IMG/VR virus record: IMGVR_UViG_3300029959_000014
Location: 1 to 64,000 of that record
Length of the DNA stretch: 64,000 nucleotides
Direction: 5' to 3' (one strand)
Source of the DNA: a virus
Shown: in pieces, positions 49,032 through 58,691 of the stretch
How positions within the stretch are numbered: position 1 is the first letter of the stretch
How the letters are laid out: each line of letters begins with the position of its first letter
Notes under the pieces: generated by a model
What the model was told of the DNA's origin: nothing
The model's input: the letters and a program-made list of their open reading frames with translations, nothing else
The model's database searches: none
Program-made: the position numbers and the translations under genes

Positions 49032-49414
49032 TTTAAATCACCACAAATTCAAAAATAAGCGTCAGCAACATTGCTGTAAAAAACCCAATTACAGCACTAA
49101 TTATATATGATTTTAAGTTTTCAGTCATTTTTCACCATGCCATATAATTTCAACTGGGAGTTCATGTCGTTCCTCAATAGCAATACCATATATGAAGCAA
49201 GCAATGTAATTCAATACAATATCACTCATTTCCTATGCCTCAATTACATGAATTGGTATCATGGTTATTCACCGGTGCATTCTGGCTCTGAACCATATAC
49301 TGGGCACTCTGGGCCACACCATCCAGATATCCCACATATTTCACAATCAGTCATACCACGCCCATAATCTAGTAACGGGTCGTGACTTACAAACGGACTG
49401 TATAAGTTACCCAT

Positions 49415-49624
49415 TTACTTCACTCCATGCAAAATACATTTGATATATTTTGCATATTCCGTTTCATTTTCTGCTGTGATTTCATCCCCATATTTGTATG
49501 ACTCTACATCACACCCAAGCAATTTATGATATTTACCCGTCTCTGGATTTTTAAGCAAATCCAAAGATAGGAAAAATGTGTAGCAAACATGTAATGAATC
49601 ACATGTCACACACTCGGGGCACAT
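49415..49624 (-). CDS. small Cys-containing protein
   Basis: It is a co-oriented ORF. Confidence 0.3.
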   Translation of the reverse strand: MCPECVTCDSLHVCYTFFLSLDLLKNPETGKYHKLLGCDVESYKYGDEITAENETEYAKYIKCILHGVK

Positions 49625-49846
49625 TCAGTCCACCCCCTGCACGACGATGATACGGGCCGGACCATCAAATAAAAGATTATATTCTCTAACCTCTCTACAA
49701 TTTAATTCTTCAATGCATTCATCCCGTTTCACCAGTTCATCCACCAATTCATTAACACTTGCATCATGTAAATATTGCAATCTAGTTATATCTTCCAATC
49801 GTTTCATTTTCATCTCAATTGTTGGAAATCCAAGTCGTTCAGTCAT
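49625..49846 (-). CDS. hypothetical small protein
   Basis: It is a co-oriented ORF. Confidence 0.3.
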   Translation of the reverse strand: MTERLGFPTIEMKMKRLEDITRLQYLHDASVNELVDELVKRDECIEELNCREVREYNLLFDGPARIIVVQGVD

Positions 49847-50029
49847 AATTTAACTTCCTCCATAACTTTACCACAAACATATGTAAATGGGTGAGTTGCC
49901 TTTGGATGAGCCTCTTGTGAAATTCATATAATTTGAGCAATTCATCTGTAACTGGTTGTTGACATCCACATCGAGGGCATTTTAAAATAACCATACTAGT
50001 TTATATTCTCCTGGTTTCACAAGTCATGA

Positions 50030-50257
50030 TTATTCATTCAACACTTTAACCAAATGATAATTCACATCATCAATCTGCATTAAATTTTTACTCAAATCAC
50101 AAGCAATGACAATATGCTTGGGAATCATCACTGTATCTTCATTTAATGTCTGCCAATTTACAAGTCTAACATTATAATAACCATCTTTATCTAAACATTC
50201 ATCAAATGAGTTGTATTCACGTTTCATTGAATCTGGAATAAGTAGATTAATAATCAT
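50030..50257 (-). CDS. hypothetical small protein
   Basis: It is a co-oriented ORF. Confidence 0.3.
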   Translation of the reverse strand: MIINLLIPDSMKREYNSFDECLDKDGYYNVRLVNWQTLNEDTVMIPKHIVIACDLSKNLMQIDDVNYHLVKVLNE

Positions 50258-50263
50258 ACTAAC

Positions 50264-50554
50264 TTACATTCTCCTCGTTTTATACTTACTATTATTCATT
50301 TCAATTTCTTCTTCAGTTAAAAATTTATAGGCATCACTAACCTGTTGGCGTTTTGCTTCTTCGTATGCTTCAGGCCACAACACAGCGAAGGTGATTGTAA
50401 CGTAACACACAACGTAGGCTGCTGGAAGATACAACCATGGAAATGGAATACTGGTGTAATGGAAGTGATTACCAAGTAATATGGTGATTTGTGCTACTAT
50501 GGCAATTCTAAAACTCCACTTAAAGATGCTGGTGATAAAAATATTAAATTCCAT
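50264..50554 (-). CDS. small multi-TM membrane protein
   Basis: It is hydrophobic. Confidence 0.35.
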   Translation of the reverse strand: MEFNIFITSIFKWSFRIAIVAQITILLGNHFHYTSIPFPWLYLPAAYVVCYVTITFAVLWPEAYEEAKRQQVSDAYKFLTEEEIEMNNSKYKTRRM

Positions 50555-50561
50555 AACAACC

Positions 50562-50978
50562 TCATTTCAATCTATTAATCTTTTTCAATTCCTTGCGTAA
50601 AATCTGATCAGCATAAAACTTTTTTCTATCTTGCATTTTTTGACATTTAATTTCATAATACTGAATGTTTTGTTGAATTTCTTGATATAACCGTTCTTTA
50701 AATTCTTTCGTTACCCAATCTTCCCATCGTTCATTTGCATATACCCATATAGTATCATTCCATGTAAATGGATTCCACCACATACTGCAATTATGTTGTA
50801 TAGAACTTATATACCATGTAACTGAATACATAGATATATTTATAATAAAATTATCAAAATTAAATGTAAATGTAGTTAACCTATTATCATTATTAATTAA
50901 ATTTAAATACCTAATTTTACAATCAACTAACTCTCTAGCAATGCATAAAATATTTTTAGTTAATTCATCATCAATCAT
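50562..50978 (-). CDS. hypothetical protein
   Basis: It is a co-oriented ORF. Confidence 0.35.
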   Translation of the reverse strand: MIDDELTKNILCIARELVDCKIRYLNLINNDNRLTTFTFNFDNFIINISMYSVTWYISSIQHNCSMWWNPFTWNDTIWVYANERWEDWVTKEFKERLYQEIQQNIQYYEIKCQKMQDRKKFYADQILRKELKKINRLK

Positions 50979-50979
50979 A

Positions 50980-51162
50980 CTAATCCTGTTCAGTTACTTC
51001 GTAATCATGCCAATCGATGATATCATCAACTTCCCAATTGTGCATATGTTCCATTTGTTCATCAGCAATATCCATGGCATCATCTTCATTTTCGGCCTCT
51101 ATAACCTTTTCATAGGTAATATATGCTGTGGCAATGCGTGTAATTTTAAACTTTTTCATCAT
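50980..51162 (-). CDS. small acidic protein
   Basis: It is a co-oriented ORF. Confidence 0.3.
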   Translation of the reverse strand: MMKKFKITRIATAYITYEKVIEAENEDDAMDIADEQMEHMHNWEVDDIIDWHDYEVTEQD

Positions 51163-51470
51163 CGAGATCCACCCTGAAAATACATAGACGGTGTTACATC
51201 ATTTCTCATTTTTGAATTATACCAAGTGTCTATATCCACCTTTTCAATTTTGTGTTGACCATACTGATTTTGATATGTTATGAAATATACAATGCCATAC
51301 CATCCAACATCCTGTGAATGATAACTATCATATACCCAACATTTATCAACTGGAGTCCATACATCACCACTAACTGGTGTTGGATCTGGTCCAAAAATTT
51401 CAGCACTAACAACAGGTAATGTGATCAATGATACAAACACTGTCATTATAATTACATTTTTAATTTTCAT
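51159..51470 (-). CDS. small secreted protein (signal peptide)
   Basis: It has an N-terminal hydrophobic leader. Confidence 0.4.
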   Translation of the reverse strand: MKIKNVIIMTVFVSLITLPVVSAEIFGPDPTPVSGDVWTPVDKCWVYDSYHSQDVGWYGIVYFITYQNQYGQHKIEKVDIDTWYNSKMRNDVTPSMYFQGGSR

Positions 51471-51484
51471 AATTAATAATCCTC

Positions 51485-51793
51485 CTACTCATTATTTAAA
51501 TGACACCAAGATGGTCTACTAGTCAAATCACCGATAATGTTATGTGTGAACATTATACTATCTTTAAAGTTAGTTGTTTCTCGATATGGATGCCCACAAT
51601 AATAACACTTTAGGTTATCACTGTAGATGTATTCTTTGTGTAAGTAACAACCTGAACATCCATGCCCATCAATTCGTTTTATGGACAAAATTTCATTCTC
51701 CCTCGTTGTAATGGCACCAATCTGGTATTTTATCATTATACATAACATCATCAATAATATTATAAGTAAATGACAACTTTGTTTTAGATTCAT
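51485..51793 (-). CDS. Cys-rich WCH-motif protein (paralog A)
   Basis: Its C-terminus ...FTHNIIGDL...PSWCHLNNE is paralogous to 51693-51905. Confidence 0.4.
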   Translation of the reverse strand: MNLKQSCHLLIILLMMLCIMIKYQIGAITTRENEILSIKRIDGHGCSGCYLHKEYIYSDNLKCYYCGHPYRETTNFKDSIMFTHNIIGDLTSRPSWCHLNNE

Positions 51794-51905
51794 AGAGTGA
51801 AAGAACTACTTCATGATCACAATAACGTAGAGATGAATCAAATCCAACAGATTTACAATAATCACATTCTTTACATGAAACACATTTAACCATGATTATT
51901 ACCAC
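51693..51905 (-). CDS. Cys-rich WCH-motif protein (paralog B)
   Basis: It has CVSCKECDYC... and ends ...FTYNIIDDV...PDWCHYNEGE. It overlaps paralog A by about 100 nt. Confidence 0.4.
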   Translation of the reverse strand: MVIIMVKCVSCKECDYCKSVGFDSSLRYCDHEVVLSLYESKTKLSFTYNIIDDVMYNDKIPDWCHYNEGE

Positions 51906-51917
51906 CTACATACACTA

Positions 51918-52178
51918 TTATCGTCTCCTATATAAACTTCTAATGCATTTTTGTTCTTCAGTAAATTTCTTTTTAGATTCTATATTATCAACTTCATTCA
52001 TTTTCATTTCATGTAACTGCATTTTGAAATTTTCAATGGCTTTATCACATTGCTCCTTGATATTATCAAAAGATTGAGATAAGGCTAATAAAATTTCATT
52101 TATAGAACATGAATCATTTAAACACTTATTTAAGTGTTGTTCCCGGTAATATCTTTCTAAATCATCGAGATTTGGCAT
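51918..52178 (-). CDS. hypothetical small protein
   Basis: It is a co-oriented ORF. Confidence 0.3.
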   Translation of the reverse strand: MPNLDDLERYYREQHLNKCLNDSCSINEILLALSQSFDNIKEQCDKAIENFKMQLHEMKMNEVDNIESKKKFTEEQKCIRSLYRRR

Positions 52179-52456
52179 CTAAATTATCACACCATTAACT
52201 TACAGTTCGCCATATTTTCCATAATCATCATATGATTTTCGTTCTCTACATCCTCTTTTATACCATGCCCAAATATCATTCATTGGAACTAAATTATACA
52301 TTACATATTACATTGGAGTTTGTATCATAAAATAATTTTTTAACTTTGAACGTTTCAACACTAAAAGATATATTACCATAACTTAATCCAAACTCGATAT
52401 ATCTTAAATGATCTTTAAGTGATGATTCATCATGATCACACATTGTGCCTCACTAA

Positions 52457-52834
52457 TTAGCAATTTCCCGTAAACATTTTGTCCATTAATTTCCAATTAG
52501 TTGGTGGAAACCTAAAGTTTTTCTCTAGTATCGTTACACTTAAAACGTAACTATCGAATTTTTCTTGGGCTTCGAAATCCCATGGGGTGTTGTCTATTGA
52601 TTTGGTTAATTGCAGAATGTAGGCTGCATAAATCATTTCATCTTTGAATTGTTCAGCAATATTACGACATTGGATATATGTGTCACTTGTAGTTTTAGAA
52701 CCCTGTAACTTGATGATATCAGTAATCTCATTGAATTGATCATTATAATCTGTGATGCGATCATTCAGTGCTGTTATGTGATCTAAAACTTCATCGTGTG
52801 GCATTGTTAATAGCACACTACTAAACTGTTGCAT
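52457..52834 (-). CDS. hypothetical protein
   Basis: It has a promoter box 21 nt upstream. Confidence 0.45.
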   Translation of the reverse strand: MQQFSSVLLTMPHDEVLDHITALNDRITDYNDQFNEITDIIKLQGSKTTSDTYIQCRNIAEQFKDEMIYAAYILQLTKSIDNTPWDFEAQEKFDSYVLSVTILEKNFRFPPTNWKLMDKMFTGNC

Positions 52835-52855
52835 ACTAGTAATGTATGTGCGTTA

Positions 52856-52865
52856 TATTATAAAA
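52856..52865 (-). promoter_or_regulatory. TTTTATAATA box
   Basis: It lies 21 nt upstream of the ATG of 52457-52834, with CATACTAGTA at the start. Confidence 0.55.
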
Positions 52866-53070
52866 TAGGTTGGTTTTGTTATTAGATACGCTCATCAATG
52901 AATTTCATCAAATGATCTTTATTGCAAAAATGATGAGTTACATCCATATGAAGTCTTTTATCCCCCCACCAATAATGACATCTTCGCCCATACTTACATA
53001 GTAATAACTAATATTGACATCGGGGATCACTTCCCCACAATAGTCACATTTAGTTACATACATTGTATGC

Positions 53071-53370
53071 TCAATCATTTTTACCCACACGCAAAGTTAA
53101 CACCGCACCGATCGGTATTAATTTCAACAATTCATTATTGCGAAGTTCTACCTCTAAATTATGATCACCGTAGTAAATGATCATTCGATGTTTGACAAAT
53201 TCCACATTAGTAACATTAGTATTATCAACTAACTTACACAATGCGTTGTAACATGATGTCCAATTACGATACTTGGATGTATAGGTGGTGGTTGAAATGT
53301 CACCGATGTTGTGGTAATGTTTAGTTAATGTGAACATAATCAGAGTCCTCCGCGCGACATTAACATGCAT
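53071..53370 (-). CDS. hypothetical protein
   Basis: It is a co-oriented ORF. Confidence 0.35.
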   Translation of the reverse strand: MHVNVARRTLIMFTLTKHYHNIGDISTTTYTSKYRNWTSCYNALCKLVDNTNVTNVEFVKHRMIIYYGDHNLEVELRNNELLKLIPIGAVLTLRVGKND

Positions 53371-53546
53371 ATTCCATCATCTGCTGTATCAGTGTCATCA
53401 ATTGATGCGTATTTCTTGTATGCAGCACATTCTTCACCACGACAAAACACCTTCATAAGTTGTACACCACGAACATAATTATGATCAATGTAGATTGATC
53501 GTGACATAAATGGACAGATCTTATTAGTAATAGCATCATTGGTCAT
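53340..53546 (-). CDS. small Cys-containing protein
   Basis: It is a co-oriented ORF. Confidence 0.3.
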   Translation of the reverse strand: MTNDAITNKICPFMSRSIYIDHNYVRGVQLMKVFCRGEECAAYKKYASIDDTDTADDGICMLMSRGGL

Positions 53547-53876
53547 GTTTAATCACCTTTATTCATGGCATTAATCCAATTCTTTGTAAAAATGTTAACT
53601 TATTTACTTTATTACAATTATCCATAACATTCATTTCCTTTCTAGTTTTTTCTAAATTTTTAAAGTATAAATCTAAATTTTCAATTACCCAATCTTCATA
53701 TGTCATATCTAATCACTTAATCCATAATAAATCTCAACAGCAATACATAAAAATACAATGGCTGTAACATTAATTACTCTAACCTAATCATGTAGATTAA
53801 ACATAGCACTAAATATATTAATAGTAAGCACAATACCAATGAATACATAATATCTATCAAATGATGTCATAATTAA

Positions 53877-54350
53877 TCACACGAAAAATAATTTAAACCA
53901 GATATTCACTGCCCATATCAAGAAAAATACAGAGATAATAAACCCAAATAGTGGTAACATTATTGTAATGAACGAAGCGATCATTAGTATAATCGCGACA
54001 ACAGTTAACGATATAGTAGATCCTGTCATTATATATGCTGAATCAAATGTTACTTCATTACCCTTTTCATACCATATACAATCAACATCGTCAATATTAC
54101 CTCCTGATAATGTATATCCAAACATCTTTACATGATGTCTCGGTGCATTTATAAAACAAGAACTAACCATAATAACTTTATTCTCCGTAGGGATCTGTAT
54201 TATCCCAAAAATATTCACAGGTGTTAGTATTGGCATTAAATTCCTTATACATGTCAGCATATGATTGACCATAATGTGCTGCTCGTGCCGTATAACGATA
54301 ACATTTAGATTTGATAGTGCAATTGATACCAAGACATTTAGTAATATCAC
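53877..54350 (-). CDS. membrane protein with a C-terminal TM pair
   Basis: It is hydrophobic at its C-terminus. Confidence 0.4.
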   Translation of the reverse strand: MILLNVLVSIALSNLNVIVIRHEQHIMVNHMLTCIRNLMPILTPVNIFGIIQIPTENKVIMVSSCFINAPRHHVKMFGYTLSGGNIDDVDCIWYEKGNEVTFDSAYIMTGSTISLTVVAIILMIASFITIMLPLFGFIISVFFLIWAVNIWFKLFFV

Positions 54351-54586
54351 TCATGATTATACACCTATTTCAATAAAATGCTGAATCATCATAATGTCTA
54401 ATAAACATCAAACTATATGAATCAGCAAAATGTTCACTAGGACTTTCAAGTTCATCTATCAATCTCTTTAATGCAAATATAATAATTTGCTTATCTCGTA
54501 TGTCATCTAATTTTAAATCTGGCATTAAAGTTTACCTTTTTAATTTTGATAGTAATCCATAAGTTTTTATAACGTGAAAAATTTAC

Positions 54587-54670
54587 CTGTATGTGCCCAT
54601 AAGTAACTTAACGAAAAAGAAAACATGGACACGATCCTTGTTTTCTTCTTTGTTTTGTTATGAAGTTGCT
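54587..54670 (+). repeat. dispersed repeat family, copy D
   Basis: It reads CCTGTATGTGCCCATAAGTAAC, then an AAAGAAAACA...TGTTTTCTT hairpin, then TTTGTTTTGTTATGAAG. Confidence 0.55.
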
Positions 54671-54686
54671 GTTGTTATCGTCGATT

Positions 54687-54884
54687 TTATTCAACACCTA
54701 CTATACAAGAAATGTCGAAGACTTCATCGTTGATTGCATGAATCACTTTTACTGTTCGATGCATAATCATACGAATGTCCTGAATGTTTAGATCACTATC
54801 ACCAATACCCGATTCAAGATAATCCTGGATACAAGCAAGGTCAGCATGAAGTTGATCAAAAGTTTCATCATCAATTATGTTCAT
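54687..54884 (-). CDS. small hypothetical protein
   Basis: It is a co-oriented ORF. Confidence 0.3.
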   Translation of the reverse strand: MNIIDDETFDQLHADLACIQDYLESGIGDSDLNIQDIRMIMHRTVKVIHAINDEVFDISCIVGVE

Positions 54885-55064
54885 TTTTGCCTCTCAAATT
54901 CACAATCGCACCATAAGCACTTAAATCCAGTTATCCGGATATTTCGACCATGATAAATGTCATCATATTCATAGAGCATTTCCAGATCTTGACTTTTGCA
55001 AGACTTAATGGGACAAGTAATAGGAGATGGTTTTTGTTTTTTAATTTAAATCACCTACAAGTAG

Positions 55065-55080
55065 ATCGGCGCGGAAAATT
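55065..55080 (-). promoter_or_regulatory. upstream GC element (TTTTCCGCGCCGAT in gene orientation)
   Basis: It is a variant of TTTCGCGCCGA. Confidence 0.35.
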
Positions 55081-55358
55081 TAGATGTGGTTGTTTTCAAT
55101 TGCTTTTGTTACTGATTTGTAAATTTCATAATAATCGGCATTACGATGTTTATATAGTAATGCAGCAAGTTCAGTAGCATGGATGAATTGCTCAATTACT
55201 TTATGATTTTTGTTATCCCAAATACGCAGCGAAATTGATCCACAATTACTTACCCTAATATTTATCCAAGAAGCATTTATGTTACTCGGATCTCCTAAAT
55301 CTACTTTAAATTCAGTAGACATTACTAGATTAGTTGTAAATGTTGCCATAATAATCAA
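55080..55358 (-). CDS. hypothetical small protein
   Basis: It is a co-oriented ORF. Confidence 0.35.
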   Translation of the reverse strand: MIIMATFTTNLVMSTEFKVDLGDPSNINASWINIRVSNCGSISLRIWDNKNHKVIEQFIHATELAALLYKHRNADYYEIYKSVTKAIENNHI

Positions 55359-55364
55359 ACCAAT

Positions 55365-55649
55365 TTAATATTTACCAACTACATCGATGTTACGAGGTTC
55401 TGTCTGATAATTACGACAACATTTTGCAACACATTCAAGACTTATCCAAACATTTGGAGTTTTTCCAGTGTCGTGATTATCTATGGTTTCTTCATCAATC
55501 ATGGTGCAAAAGCATGGCTCTGGATAACCACCCATTCTATGAAAATAATCCTGTTCATCTGGTTTATAATCACCTTTATAACAAGATTGATCACTTTCTT
55601 CAAAATGCACACATTTAATGTCATCAAATTTTACATACATAATAATCAC
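55365..55649 (-). CDS. Cys-rich small protein
   Basis: It has 8 Cys. Confidence 0.4.
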   Translation of the reverse strand: MIIMYVKFDDIKCVHFEESDQSCYKGDYKPDEQDYFHRMGGYPEPCFCTMIDEETIDNHDTGKTPNVWISLECVAKCCRNYQTEPRNIDVVGKY

Positions 55650-55689
55650 AAATAGTTAAAATAAAATTAAGGCTTACGTAACGCTCCCC

Positions 55690-55859
55690 CTACTTGTAAT
55701 ATTCATTGGGATCGTGGCCATACTGAACGATGTATTCGTTGAATCGTTCTGAATCATAGGTTTTCATGTGATCCATGATTTTGTTGTAACCATATAGACC
55801 AATCATAACGGTGAGTAGTTTACTAAACTTCTCTTCTGATATAGGCATACATGTATGTC
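55690..55859 (-). CDS. small hypothetical protein (probable start at the internal Met MPISEEKF)
   Basis: TTTTTATAATA and TTTTATAAT boxes plus a CGCCGACATAC element fall inside the longer track ORF 55690-55917 and sit at promoter distance from the internal ATG. The end coordinate is approximate (within ~6 nt). Confidence 0.3.
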
Positions 55860-56062
55860 GGCGTATAAGATTATAAAAGTTACTATTATAAAAATGGTTG
55901 ATTAACGTGAAGATCATGGATCGTTGCGTAACAAGTTAATTGCGTAGTCGTGGAATTGTCCCGGATCTTCGTTATACATAAACTCTATTATTTCACTATA
56001 TCCATAGTCTTTAATGAGTTTAATCATTTTAGTTGTAAAATCGTAGTCATATACACCATATC

Positions 56063-56311
56063 TCATGATTTATGTCTCCATTTCATTTTATCTTCATCAA
56101 TTACACTTTCTAATGCGTGTCCACGTTCTACAGGGTTGTCTAAATCATGTTCATTTCGAATTATAGATTCAAGATAACCAAGATTTAATCCAACATTATA
56201 CATGTTGACATTTTCAAATTCATGAGGATTTGCCTTTTGGATATTGGCTTGGATGTCAGTGATACATCGTAAGCAAAATTCCCGATAGGTGTTGTTAAGT
56301 TTCATGATCAC
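56063..56311 (-). CDS. hypothetical small protein
   Basis: It is a co-oriented ORF. Confidence 0.35.
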   Translation of the reverse strand: MIMKLNNTYREFCLRCITDIQANIQKANPHEFENVNMYNVGLNLGYLESIIRNEHDLDNPVERGHALESVIDEDKMKWRHKS

Positions 56312-56504
56312 TCCATTTTCTTTGTGTAATCTTTATACATATCAGATACCATGCACTTTATCTGACAATCAATACTATGTTCACGTGAACTATATAATGC
56401 GTATTCCATGATGTATTTAAATGCATACATTTCATTACTAGATAGTTCAATAGTGTAAGTTTTAGTTTCATTAATTTTCATAACTAGTATTTACCTTTTA
56501 AGTT

Positions 56505-57173
56505 TTATTCATCATCGCTATTGTCTAGATAATAGATTTTGGGTTCGCCATCTTCAGTTGTTACAATTGCATACATTTCGCGAAGGCCACTCCCTGAATC
56601 GATGTATGGTTTTATCCAATCAAGGAACAGTTCAATTTCATCGTAGTTTTTGAGATTGCTACGAGTAGATATCTGCCAACAATGCCTAATATCGTCATAC
56701 CAGATTTTAGCCATTGGTTCATTCACACCAAAGTAGTATGATGCGCATTGAAATATCCAACGCCATCTTGTATCACTAAATAGTGGGTGATCTGGCAACC
56801 ATGGTTCTTTTGAATTATTATCTATTATTTCATCCCAAGTTTTAAATTCACTTGAATCAACCATAAATTTCAATAATCGTATGATTTCATGTGGTGTATC
56901 TTCCCCGAGGCTGCACCCAAATATAAGTTCTGTATAATATCCCATGTTAGTGTTTGCCTTTTCATTTATGAGTTCAACTAAATCCAATGCATAATACCAG
57001 ATTTCTGATGCTCCATAGGTATGACTAAGATCATATGCAATTGCATACAATTTACCTGCTTTTGGATGATCCTTGATATTAAGTTCATCGAAAATGTCAT
57101 CACGAAGTTCATTGAAATGGGTGCTATAGTAATCATTATCAATTCCTCCATATTCTAATTTTTTAATTCCCAT
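56505..57173 (-). CDS. hypothetical protein (222 aa from the internal ATG; the track ORF starts at an upstream GTG at 57200)
   Basis: The ATG at 57171-57173 is preceded by AAAAAGGTGAACATTAGT, with GGTGA 9 nt upstream. The 16-nt unit AAAAAGGTGAACATTA is tandemly duplicated. Confidence 0.45.
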   Translation of the reverse strand: MGIKKLEYGGIDNDYYSTHFNELRDDIFDELNIKDHPKAGKLYAIAYDLSHTYGASEIWYYALDLVELINEKANTNMGYYTELIFGCSLGEDTPHEIIRLLKFMVDSSEFKTWDEIIDNNSKEPWLPDHPLFSDTRWRWIFQCASYYFGVNEPMAKIWYDDIRHCWQISTRSNLKNYDEIELFLDWIKPYIDSGSGLREMYAIVTTEDGEPKIYYLDNSDDE

Positions 57174-57227
57174 ACTAATGTTCACCTTTTTAATGTTCAC
57201 CTTTTTATTTTAAGATGATTACAACCG

Positions 57228-58166
57228 TTACTTGTTTGCACTGTATTCCATTGCCAACTGAAATCCTTTTTCATCGAGAGCACGACCATTTGAACTTTTG
57301 AAAATGTAACCAGCACGGAGAAGGTGAGGTTCAACTGTGCGTATTAGAACTTCTTTTTCTACTTGCAGTTGTAGGGCGATGCTTTCCACACCAGTTTTTT
57401 CACCATTAAATACTTCGAATAGTGTTGTAATGTATGCTCTATCAATTGTGTTAAGGCCATGTTCATCTATACCATTGAGAGCCAATGCATCAATTACAAT
57501 TTGTTCACTAATTTCATTGTAGTTGCTATAATGCATTTTGATATGGTCACGGACTCTTCTGATGAGATTTTGGCTATCACGAGGAACTCCTTTAGATGCA
57601 CGAGAAATTACAGTGATGGCATCATGAGTTAGATTGAGATTTTCGCTGATGACATTATTGATTACGATGGTGTCCAGTTCATCACTAGTGTAATTTTCAA
57701 GTCTAATTTGAATGGGGAATCTATTGTAGAATGGTGTTGCTATTTTTGATATCTCGGTGGTGGCACCTATGAGTGTGATTTTTTTAGCATCGAGAAGTAT
57801 AGGTGCTTTACCTGGAAAATTAAACTGGACTTGTCCCTGATCAAAGAATTTGTAGAGTCCTTCGGCTTGATCAGTAACCAAATTGTGAATTTCATCCATA
57901 AGAAGGATTGAAAAGTCCTTCATCTTCATTAACTTGATGTTTAACTTACCGATGTTTTTACCGCTGCAAAGAATTTCCTCAAATTCAACGCCCATTTCAT
58001 TAGCAATGACTTTGGCGAGTGTGGATTTTCCAGCACCGCTAAATCCAGATATGAATACATGATCTAATGGTTCATTACGTGATTTTGCTGATGCAATGGC
58101 CTCTCGAAGCATAGCCTTAACATCTTCATTACCGATGTAGTCATCAAATGTGTTAATAATTTTCAT
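57228..58166 (-). CDS. ruvB: RuvB-like Holliday-junction AAA+ ATPase
   Basis: It is collinear with bacterial RuvB. DYIGNEDVK...ASAKSRNEPLDHVFISGFSGAGKSTLAKVIANEMGV matches EYVGQ..V...AAK.RGE.LDHVLL.GPPGLGKTTLA.IIANEMGV. LMDEIHNL, ITLIGATT...NRF, KGVPRDSQNLIRRVRD and EPHLLRAGYI also align. Confidence 0.85.
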   Translation of the reverse strand: MKIINTFDDYIGNEDVKAMLREAIASAKSRNEPLDHVFISGFSGAGKSTLAKVIANEMGVEFEEILCSGKNIGKLNIKLMKMKDFSILLMDEIHNLVTDQAEGLYKFFDQGQVQFNFPGKAPILLDAKKITLIGATTEISKIATPFYNRFPIQIRLENYTSDELDTIVINNVISENLNLTHDAITVISRASKGVPRDSQNLIRRVRDHIKMHYSNYNEISEQIVIDALALNGIDEHGLNTIDRAYITTLFEVFNGEKTGVESIALQLQVEKEVLIRTVEPHLLRAGYIFKSSNGRALDEKGFQLAMEYSANK

Positions 58167-58262
58167 TTCTAGTTACCTCCGCGTTAAAATTTTGAACTGT
58201 GATGTTTGGAACGTTTTGAACCAAACCACCACACTAGAGTTTACATTTTTAGTTTTGAAATA

Positions 58263-58634
58263 TTACAATACTGGTTTGTCGTTTAGGTCATTTATAACTT
58301 TCTCCAAAGCATGAGTATATAATGTATCAATGAGCCACATAGAAGGAGTCATTTCAACGTCCTTTATGAATTTAAGTATTGCATTCCACACTTCAGTGTC
58401 ATTGTATTTGGCAAGGAATTCATGACCAGTCCATGTAAGATTATACACCACATTTGTATTATCGACAGTTCTTTCCTTTGTGATGAATCCACCATCAATA
58501 CAAAGTGCAATGTGACAATGTTTAGGATAGTCGTATTCTTTACCATTTGGAAAATTGTTAGAAATGTCTAGGAGAATTTCCCTGATGAGATTCATATCAC
58601 GTTTCATAATAGTTGACCTGTAAAATATTTTCAT
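58263..58634 (-). CDS. hypothetical protein upstream of the ruvB-like gene
   Basis: It is a co-oriented ORF, likely in the same transcription unit. Confidence 0.4.
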   Translation of the reverse strand: MKIFYRSTIMKRDMNLIREILLDISNNFPNGKEYDYPKHCHIALCIDGGFITKERTVDNTNVVYNLTWTGHEFLAKYNDTEVWNAILKFIKDVEMTPSMWLIDTLYTHALEKVINDLNDKPVL

Positions 58635-58691
58635 TACCTTTTAAAATTTACTATGTTAGCACTGATCAACTAGTTAGCACCAATCAACTAG

